This document shows, one piece after another, positions 25,002 to 31,356 of a DNA stretch of 31,356 bases. The DNA comes from a virus (Duplodnaviria > Caudoviricetes): positions 1 to 31,356 of the IMG/VR virus record IMGVR_UViG_3300020045_008438, one strand, 5' to 3'. The notes beneath the pieces are model-generated. The model worked only from the letters and a program-made list of their open reading frames with translations, did no database searches and was not told where the DNA came from. Within the stretch, counting starts at the first letter, position 1. Every line of letters starts with the position of its first letter. The position numbers were made by a program, and so were the translations under genes.

Positions 25002-25466
25002 CTATTCCGTCGCGATCTTGCTTTGCGCGAACTGGAGCATCCGCGACCCGATCTTGAGAAACAAAGGGAATGTGATTGACAGCACCTCCAAAGCCGCCTC
25101 GATAATCTCATCGTCGGAGAACTCGTTTGATTCGTCGCGCAACTCCGGCGCGTAAGCCCACAGCAACTCGACAAGAGAATGCAAGCCGCGACCCAAAATA
25201 AACGGGGCGGTTTTTTTCAGGAACTCGACCGGATCGAGAGCAGAAGCCAATTCCGCAAGCGGTTCGTCAGATTCGCTGTCCCGCGCGCGTTGCACCATCG
25301 CGCGAATGTCCGAATCATAATTGTCGATGAGTTCCGCGAGCAGATCGCAAACGCGTTCGCGGAACTCGTCCATTGCCAGAATGCTCTTGACCCGCAAACG
25401 CCTTTTCTCTCCGGCAAGCGTGACCTCAAAATACTGGAGTACCTTCTGTTTTTCGGATCGCATCAA
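25002..25466 (-). CDS. Tail assembly chaperone (gpG-like)
   Basis: Acidic helical 154-aa ORF between major tail protein and tape measure. Confidence 0.75.
   Translation of the reverse strand: MMRSEKQKVLQYFEVTLAGEKRRLRVKSILAMDEFRERVCDLLAELIDNYDSDIRAMVQRARDSESDEPLAELASALDPVEFLKKTAPFILGRGLHSLVELLWAYAPELRDESNEFSDDEIIEAALEVLSITFPLFLKIGSRMLQFAQSKIATE
25062..25068 (-). other. Candidate -1 programmed frameshift heptamer C CCT TTG
   Basis: X XXY YYZ pattern in the correct phase near the chaperone 3' end; the -1 frame has no stop until 24751. Confidence 0.55.
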
Positions 25467-25475
25467 AAAGCCTTT

Positions 25476-26291
25476 CTACGCGGACGGCATGAGCCGCGCG
25501 ATTTCATCCCACTGCGTATTCGCCGTCGAATACTGTAGCACGATCCAGTCACTCAGTTTTGTCATAATCCAGTCGGCGCTTGGGTTTAGATGCAACTCGC
25601 CGGGTCCAGCCGCCTGATCGTTTAGGGTTATTGCAGCGGCAACCGCGTTTATTTGCAGCGTCAGCGTTTCGCCGTTTGTCAGGCTGGATCCGGTGATTGT
25701 GTCAAGCACGTCCGCAGCGGCGCCTTCGCCGATAACTTTATGGTAGTTACCCGTGCGCGTCAACACTCCGCTGGAAATCGTTGCAGTCACGTTGCCCGCA
25801 CCAAACGTGCTATAGACGCCGGACGCCGCGCCTTCGACGTTGAATTTCATAGTGAGCGGAGCGAGTTCGCGTCCAGAAAACGACTGCTTGGGCATTCCGT
25901 CAGTAGAGACGTACAACCAGTCGCGACGATATGCAGTGCCCGCAAGGTTTTCGCCGACAATCGCAAGCGAGATTTGCGACATCAATTTCGGTGTGGAGTC
26001 CATTGTTACGACCTGCCCGTTAGGCGTGACCCCGAATGCAATGCCCAGCAACGTCGCGTTGGTTTGCAGCGACGGAATTGTGATCGTGCCCTCGCGATGG
26101 GTGAGATAGGATCGCGTGCGATAATCAACGCCGTTGACCAAAATCGCCTTCGGTTCGGGGCCGTCCTCGACCTCGACAGCGTCCTCCTGCCGGATAAATC
26201 CGACAATGTTCGTTGCTGGCGTCCCAGCCGTCCCAACATAGACGGCCAGATCGCCAACCAATACCTCTGTGACGTCCTGTGTATAAGCCAT
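25476..26291 (-). CDS. Major tail (tube) protein with C-terminal accessory domain
   Basis: GGAGGTG RBS before ATG 26291; V.VG...VYVG start; position after the tail terminator; extra C-terminal domain of about 100 aa. Confidence 0.8.
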   Translation of the reverse strand: MAYTQDVTEVLVGDLAVYVGTAGTPATNIVGFIRQEDAVEVEDGPEPKAILVNGVDYRTRSYLTHREGTITIPSLQTNATLLGIAFGVTPNGQVVTMDSTPKLMSQISLAIVGENLAGTAYRRDWLYVSTDGMPKQSFSGRELAPLTMKFNVEGAASGVYSTFGAGNVTATISSGVLTRTGNYHKVIGEGAAADVLDTITGSSLTNGETLTLQINAVAAAITLNDQAAGPGELHLNPSADWIMTKLSDWIVLQYSTANTQWDEIARLMPSA

Positions 26292-26293
26292 CT

Positions 26294-26704
26294 TTACACC
26301 TCCATTAGCGCGTGATATGTTCCCTGCACGGCAAAGAGGCCGTCTATGGGATCGATGTATAACTCCTCGCCTCCCGATTGATCTACCATGCACATTCGGG
26401 AGTCGCTTACCGCCAATGATTTTGTGCCCGCTATCGCGTCATGCACCGTGCCCCAGAGCGATCGCGCCGCGTCTTGATCCGCCGCCCAGCACCGAACGAG
26501 CACATAACGATCTTGCAGGTTTGGGGCGTTGGAGTCAGACGTTGACGCCGGGCCGACGGAGCCGCCGGCAAGCACGTCAAAACTGATAGCCGGAAATGTC
26601 GGCGTCTCTGGCAGTGGGTGTTCGTAAATGCGCGTTGAAACCACCGCCGTTATTGTGGATTTGCCAAGAAGAAAGTTCCGCCAGTATTTTACAAACGATT
26701 TCAC
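26294..26704 (-). CDS. Tail terminator/completion protein (DUF3168/SPP1 gp17-like)
   Basis: V.TRIY...LP....FPAI, V.CWA.....A..L...V..A pattern. Confidence 0.8.
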   Translation of the reverse strand: MKSFVKYWRNFLLGKSTITAVVSTRIYEHPLPETPTFPAISFDVLAGGSVGPASTSDSNAPNLQDRYVLVRCWAADQDAARSLWGTVHDAIAGTKSLAVSDSRMCMVDQSGGEELYIDPIDGLFAVQGTYHALMEV

Positions 26705-27165
26705 GGCTTTATATTCTCCCGCTTGCCAGGCATGTTTTGCACAAACAGATCGACTATTTGATCGCTGCTATCCTCGACGCCGCTGTAAATAAAACCGCCC
26801 TTGGGGTCTCCGCCTATCGGCTTGACGAATCCGGTTCCGGTGCCGCGCTTTACGATTTTGCGCGAAAACTTTCTGCCATGTTTGTCAGTCGCATTGACCA
26901 TCGTTCGTTTGCCGCGCGTCTTATGCCCAAAGGATTCTTGGAAAGCCGGGAATGCCATCTCCACCGCCCACCCCTCAGCCTCGCGTTTCCCGGCTGTAAT
27001 ACCGCTCGCCGTCTGCATGGTCTTGTTGTGGGGCGCAAGCCGGGCTCTGATGTTGCTGGCCATTATCTGAGCGCCTTGGCGCAATGTATCGTCCGTCGCC
27101 GTTTTTACCATGCGCAGAAACGATGCTCCGTTGGATGCGTGATGTATTGCGACGCTTGCTTTCAT
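26701..27165 (-). CDS. HK97 gp10-like neck/tail completion protein
   Basis: Basic 154-aa protein between head closure and tail terminator; FQE.FGH and terminal F...V motifs. Confidence 0.65.
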   Translation of the reverse strand: MKASVAIHHASNGASFLRMVKTATDDTLRQGAQIMASNIRARLAPHNKTMQTASGITAGKREAEGWAVEMAFPAFQESFGHKTRGKRTMVNATDKHGRKFSRKIVKRGTGTGFVKPIGGDPKGGFIYSGVEDSSDQIVDLFVQNMPGKRENIKP

Positions 27166-27497
27166 TCTGCGATGGTCACCGTTGCCGCCTTGAATTTTAC
27201 CGCCCCATTTGCCGTAGGCGTATCGACGCCATTAACGACATAGGTTTTACTGTTCAGTAATACTCGATGTTGATCCGTGATCGTTGTCTCAGGCAGAAAG
27301 AAAATCTTCAGCGTTCGCACGGATATAAGACGGTCGTTGTAATACTCCGCCGCACCGCTGCTTCCACTCAGTTTGCACTTCACATTGTCCGTGAGCGTTG
27401 CCCAATTCGCCGGGGCACTGTGTCCGCTATCGCCCGCAACCGCAGCCGAGTTGTACTGGATCGTGCAAACATCGGTCAATAGAGAATCAATGCTCAT
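27162..27497 (-). CDS. Head closure / head-tail adaptor (SPP1 gp16-like)
   Basis: L...CTIQ, W.T....V.C.L, I....RV......Y.V..V pattern. Confidence 0.8.
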   Translation of the reverse strand: MSIDSLLTDVCTIQYNSAAVAGDSGHSAPANWATLTDNVKCKLSGSSGAAEYYNDRLISVRTLKIFFLPETTITDQHRVLLNSKTYVVNGVDTPTANGAVKFKAATVTIAE

Positions 27498-27499
27498 TT

Positions 27500-28321
27500 T
27501 CAAAACATCCTGATGTACTGCGACAACATATTCTTGTCGAGTAGCCGCTCTACGTCGGGCGTGAACCGTGAACGGCGATAATCGCCGATGCCTTCGCTGG
27601 CATATGTCTCGCCAGTCTCACGGAAATAACGCCCGGCAATCTGTTGGCAAGCCGCGCAAACGAGCGATGGATAAACCGCCGTGTAAATAGTTTTTGCGCT
27701 GTGAGTTGCCGCCGTTGTGCCGTTGACGCCACGAACTACCGTAGCCGACGTGGTTGTTACGGACGAGACATACATCTGCTCCGACTCGACCAGTATGGTT
27801 GTTCCGGCCGTAATGCCCGCCGAAACACTAATCGTCAACGTCAAACCGTCTGTTGTGGCAACCGTTCCGGTAACCGCTGTTGCCAGCCACGGACTCGAAC
27901 CAGTACCGTCTCCATATCCGAACGTCCCTGTTATTTTGACGTAACGCACCGTGTTTATGGGAAATGTTTTGCCGCCGAACGGTGTTGCTTGGACATAGGT
28001 TTTCGGCCATCGGTTGTCTGGAGCGAGCCAATAGTCCGTATTCTGCGTCCATGTCTCGCCGTCGTAAGTGCCGTCGGCTTCCGAATCAGTTACGAACCCG
28101 CTTACCGTCAGCACGTCCTTGCTTAGCAACAAAACCCCGCTGTCACTGCCAGTGTCAAAATAATTTGAAGCCGTCTCGACATAGAAGGGTCTATGGCAGA
28201 TCGAGTCAATATAGCGGCTCGCGCGTTCGAGAGATTCCTCGATTTGCGAATCGTATGAAGTCCCGCTTAGATTGAGACGGCTTCGCATTGTGGCAATCGG
28301 CAGATAGAGGTTAAGCGGCAT
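27500..28321 (-). CDS. Head-tail connector (HK97 gp6 / SPP1 gp15-like) with inserted beta module
   Basis: ASR.ID..C.R.F, DY.L.P, V.ITG.FGY, P.LV..AC.QIA, SE.IGDY. Confidence 0.82.
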   Translation of the reverse strand: MPLNLYLPIATMRSRLNLSGTSYDSQIEESLERASRYIDSICHRPFYVETASNYFDTGSDSGVLLLSKDVLTVSGFVTDSEADGTYDGETWTQNTDYWLAPDNRWPKTYVQATPFGGKTFPINTVRYVKITGTFGYGDGTGSSPWLATAVTGTVATTDGLTLTISVSAGITAGTTILVESEQMYVSSVTTTSATVVRGVNGTTAATHSAKTIYTAVYPSLVCAACQQIAGRYFRETGETYASEGIGDYRRSRFTPDVERLLDKNMLSQYIRMF

Positions 28322-28322
28322 T

Positions 28323-28787
28323 TTACGGCCTCGTTAGGAGCCTGATGGTTAGGTTGTTTGTCGGGCCTGCGTTGTCTACGCGAAGCGTCAGTGCACCGTA
28401 TGCGGTGATCGGTATGCTTGTCGCTCCGTCGCCGATCATCGGAACAAACGTTTTCGCTGCCGCAGAAGAGCAGTTATATCCAAGACTCTGGAATACGTCC
28501 ACCCCGTCAACGTCGGTTAGCGTGACATCGTAGAGATTCGTCGGCGCAAGCGCGCTGCTTGTGTTCGGCGCAAGCGTCACGCGCAGGATTTGACCAAAAA
28601 ACTCTTTGGTTGTCGCCAACACATCGCCGTTGTTGTCCGTAGTACAGGCAAGGCTGATTAGCGTATGCCCACTCTGGCTTTGGTTGCGCCGAGTTACCGT
28701 GCCCGTCGAGACCGTATCCGTTGCCGACGCAATACCCATGCACAAACAGAGCAACACCGCGAGGCTAATAACCGTTTGCGTTTTCAT
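28323..28787 (-). CDS. Putative head accessory (spike-base/decoration-like) beta protein with signal peptide
   Basis: AAGGAGG RBS; MKTQ-TVISLAVLLCLCMG-IASA leader; PT.LYDVTL.D.DG.D motif; located in the head module. Confidence 0.6.
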   Translation of the reverse strand: MKTQTVISLAVLLCLCMGIASATDTVSTGTVTRRNQSQSGHTLISLACTTDNNGDVLATTKEFFGQILRVTLAPNTSSALAPTNLYDVTLTDVDGVDVFQSLGYNCSSAAAKTFVPMIGDGATSIPITAYGALTLRVDNAGPTNNLTIRLLTRP

Positions 28788-28798
28788 GGCTTGCCTCC

Positions 28799-29269
28799 TT
28801 ATGGCTTGGCGATGAACATGTACTGCACCGTCGCCGTGGTTGCCGCGGTCGATTTAATCTGAAACCTATTCGCGGCGCGAACAACGTAAAGCGCAACAGC
28901 CGCCGCCGGATCAGGATCGGCAGACGTTATCAGCATGATGTCGTTCGTGTCGGCTCCGGTCAAGGCAACGCTTTTCGTGGCCGAGTTTATTAGCGACGCC
29001 GTGCCGAGCAGCAATTGGGTGAAAGTAGTGCCGCTTGCGCCGATCTTGAGATCACCGGCAAGCGCCACGTCAGAGCCGGACGCGCCTGCGATGTTGCCGC
29101 CGCTCGCCACGGTTTGGGTGCCGCCACTGGCAATCGTGAGCGCGCTACCGACCACCCAAGACGCGCCTCCCTGAGCCATGTAGTTTGAGGTATTGTACTG
29201 CGCCCAGGCAAAGGTCAAGGCTATCACGACCATCAGCGGGGCAAGTACGATTGCGAATTTGATTTTCAT
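28799..29269 (-). CDS. Head-fibre-like protein with signal peptide
   Basis: MKIK-FAIVLAPLMVVIALTF-AWA leader, then QYNTSNYMAQGG..WVVG..L.I..G, resembling the YN.KNY.EQGG...VIGG.L start of siphophage head fibre proteins. Confidence 0.7.
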   Translation of the reverse strand: MKIKFAIVLAPLMVVIALTFAWAQYNTSNYMAQGGASWVVGSALTIASGGTQTVASGGNIAGASGSDVALAGDLKIGASGTTFTQLLLGTASLINSATKSVALTGADTNDIMLITSADPDPAAAVALYVVRAANRFQIKSTAATTATVQYMFIAKP

Positions 29270-29460
29270 TATGTAACCCTCCTCGGTTTTTTCGTTGCCG
29301 TCTCGTATTTCTTGGGCGAATCGTCAACGCGGATAATAACAGGCTCGGCTTGATCGGTATCAATCAAGCGTTGCGCGTAAGCATCGTCAACCTCGACGAT
29401 TTCACCATAGCCCCAGTTTGCTTCCGGGGCAGAAATGGACGTTTTGAGTTTGATTCTCAT
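29269..29460 (-). CDS. Small conserved post-capsid protein
   Basis: GGAGG RBS; MRIKL..S....GEIVEVDD..A.RLI...AE...ETA..K pattern common directly after HK97-type capsid genes. Confidence 0.7.
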   Translation of the reverse strand: MRIKLKTSISAPEANWGYGEIVEVDDAYAQRLIDTDQAEPVIIRVDDSPKKYETATKKPRRVT

Positions 29461-29473
29461 CGTGTTACCCTCC

Positions 29474-29502
29474 ACGGGGCGGGCGAATTGAACCCGCCCC
29501 GT
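29474..29502. terminator. Hairpin downstream of the capsid gene
   Basis: ACGGGGCGGG / CCCGCCCCGT 10-bp stem; T-rich tail only on the + strand. Confidence 0.55.
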
Positions 29503-29526
29503 TGTTTTGTTGTGTCGCACGGTCGC

Positions 29527-30708
29527 TTAGAGCATCGTCAGCACGCGGACGGCGCTTGTATCGACCAGATCGCCATCGCTGCGGGCGGTGCCCTTGTAAC
29601 CGATCATGTCATAGTCGGCGTACAATTCGGTCAGCACCTGCAACTCAAACCCCTTGCGCTCGACGATGTAATAACCGCCGACCCATCCGAACAAGATTGC
29701 ATCAAGTCCGGCTGTCGCGGCTGGGGCGTCGGGCGAGATATAGACGGGGCGTCCCAGGATGAGGTCGGGCTGAGCCGCCTGCAAACCAGGCTGCCAGAGA
29801 TATTGACCCTGACCGTCTTTGAGTTTGCGAACCAGTTTAAGCGTCGCATCCTTCATTATCCAAGAGGCATCGCGGCGATAGTAATTGCCAACCGAATGGT
29901 AAAGATCGATTACCTCGTCGGCTGTTATCGCGGTTGCGGACGCGGCAGTCACGCCAGTCGTGGCGGCGGTGAATATGCCGTTGTGCTGGCTAGAACCGGT
30001 GCCGGAAACACAGAGTGCCTCTTCCTTGACGGCAATCGAACGCGCGAGTTTGCGAAGCAGATACCCCGTGAAGTCCATCGTCGAGTCGTTCGCGAGTTCC
30101 GCCGACTCCTTGATGATGCGCCCTATTTTGTAGGGACTAAACTGCACGCGGGTGATCGTTTCCTTGGCAACCGCAATCTGCGAGTTTTCGCCATAGACGC
30201 TGGCCGCGCCTTCGACAGACTCAGCCGCAACGTTCATCGTGCCGCTGTTCGAGGTAATGATGGTTGCGAGTTGACGCATGATTGACACGTCGTGGCGCAA
30301 CTCAACAATCGTGTTGTACCATTCGTCGGGAACAGCGTAGCCGCCATCGCCTGCCGTGCCGATGGTTTGCGGGTCGGTTGTCGCACGCAACTCAGCCGCG
30401 GCGATTCCGGTTCGAAGGTAATCCTCAAACGCGCGGACGTAAGGCGCTTTCTGAGTAGTCTTGCTTGCGGACGCGCCAGCACGCAAGTCGCCGCTGGTGT
30501 CGCTGGCAAGCACCCTCGCTTCGCGTTCGCGTTCCTCGACCTTCTTTGCGCGTTCGATGCTTTCGGTCAACTGCTCGAACCGCTGCTCCATCTTGCCATA
30601 CTTCTCGGCATCCTCGGCGCTGAGAGGTTTTTCGCCGTAGGACTCAAGCAGATCGCGCTGCTCTTTCAGGATCGACGCGCGGGCGTCGTACATCTCTTGC
30701 ATTCTCAT
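29527..30708 (-). CDS. Major capsid protein, HK97 family
   Basis: AAGGAG RBS; coiled-coil delta domain, GGYAVP, S.ELANDS, G.G..Q..GI, KLKDGQGQYLWQP, ILGRPV, R.DG.L. Confidence 0.97.
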   Translation of the reverse strand: MRMQEMYDARASILKEQRDLLESYGEKPLSAEDAEKYGKMEQRFEQLTESIERAKKVEEREREARVLASDTSGDLRAGASASKTTQKAPYVRAFEDYLRTGIAAAELRATTDPQTIGTAGDGGYAVPDEWYNTIVELRHDVSIMRQLATIITSNSGTMNVAAESVEGAASVYGENSQIAVAKETITRVQFSPYKIGRIIKESAELANDSTMDFTGYLLRKLARSIAVKEEALCVSGTGSSQHNGIFTAATTGVTAASATAITADEVIDLYHSVGNYYRRDASWIMKDATLKLVRKLKDGQGQYLWQPGLQAAQPDLILGRPVYISPDAPAATAGLDAILFGWVGGYYIVERKGFELQVLTELYADYDMIGYKGTARSDGDLVDTSAVRVLTML

Positions 30709-31355
30709 GTTTCGCACTCCTTAACTCTGAGGTTTAGTCGTCTCAACAAAACGCTGGCGGGCGTTCCGGCGAGTGGTTCAGTGAGTGCGCCTTGCGCGGC
30801 TCGGCTGTCTCCGGCTTCATCGGTCTTGCCTTGCTCCGGCTCTTGAGACTCCGGTTTATTTTCAAGCGCGGACTCAAGGTCTCGCGCAGTAACACTTGTT
30901 CCCGAATATGCTGGCATCGGCACGGGCGAAACCTCGTACAGTTTCACCTCTGTAATCTCGCGCAAGGAAACCCCGCCTATCGTTTCCGTGCGCGACTGCT
31001 TGATTATGTCGAAACCGAAACTCATCTTGTCCACGTATCCGCCACGGATAAGGTTGCGCACCTCTTGCGCCGTCGGCGTATCCGGCGGCTGAATTGTAAC
31101 ATGTAGCCCGTGACTGTCCTCGCGCAGTTGCAACGTCTGGTTTTTCGTGCGCCCAAGAACGGCTCCGGTGTCGTGATTCCAGAAAGCATAAATATCGGGA
31201 TTTTCGGAAATCGTCTTTGTGAACGCGCCCCGGCGGATGACTTCCTTTGATCCCCAGAAGTCCGCTTCTTGATCGAAGACCGCCGCGTATCCGGTAATCT
31301 CGCCGGTCTCGTCGTTCGAGCGCAGTTCGGAAACTGGAAACTCTCGGGTTTCGTA
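30705..31355 (-). CDS. HK97-family prohead protease (peptidase S78), 5' truncated by the window
   Basis: Hand-extended frame: ITGYAAVFD, E.I..GAF, NHD...LGRT, MSFGF, LYEVS.V..PAY..T.V.AR. Confidence 0.95.
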   Translation of the reverse strand, partial: YETREFPVSELRSNDETGEITGYAAVFDQEADFWGSKEVIRRGAFTKTISENPDIYAFWNHDTGAVLGRTKNQTLQLREDSHGLHVTIQPPDTPTAQEVRNLIRGGYVDKMSFGFDIIKQSRTETIGGVSLREITEVKLYEVSPVPMPAYSGTSVTARDLESALENKPESQEPEQGKTDEAGDSRAAQGALTEPLAGTPASVLLRRLNLRVKECET

Positions 31356-31356
31356 T

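Noticed and set aside
29350-30285. 311-aa + strand ORF and other long antisense ORFs over late genes
   Set aside because: Shadows of clearly identified - strand genes such as the capsid.
1-31356. Genome-wide TAG recoding
   Set aside because: Conserved genes are intact in code 11, and TAG ends the endolysin, major tail protein and chaperone at natural positions.

Overview
The window is most of a tailed dsDNA phage genome (HK97-fold, siphovirus-like; host not determinable from sequence). The + strand arm (849-13407) carries early and replication genes: two paralogous KGG-motif HTH proteins, a replication initiator with internal iterons, a stand-alone DnaA N-terminal-like protein, a RecT-like annealase candidate, a DUF2800-like PD-(D/E)XK nuclease, a DNA adenine methyltransferase, a permuted NlpC/P60 protein and many small ORFs. 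The - strand arm (31356-13509) is the late operon: prohead protease (truncated by the window edge), major capsid, head accessory and neck proteins, major tail protein, frameshifting tail chaperones, tape measure, tail tip, tail fibre, holin candidate and GH108 endolysin. An HNH gene lies at the left end. No terminase, portal, integrase, tRNA or CRISPR array was seen. Most notable: (1) three virion-module proteins (head-fibre homologue, adjacent head accessory protein, 1171-aa tail fibre) start with textbook Sec/SPI signal peptides, suggesting exported virion appendages; (2) a perfect inverted repeat of at least 113 bp (1-113 / 2718-2830), each copy holding an outward-facing sigma70-type promoter, brackets the HNH-switch-replication module; (3) the first gene after that promoter has an in-frame TAG followed by 42 more sense codons. 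All family assignments come from motif recognition by eye, not from database searches.
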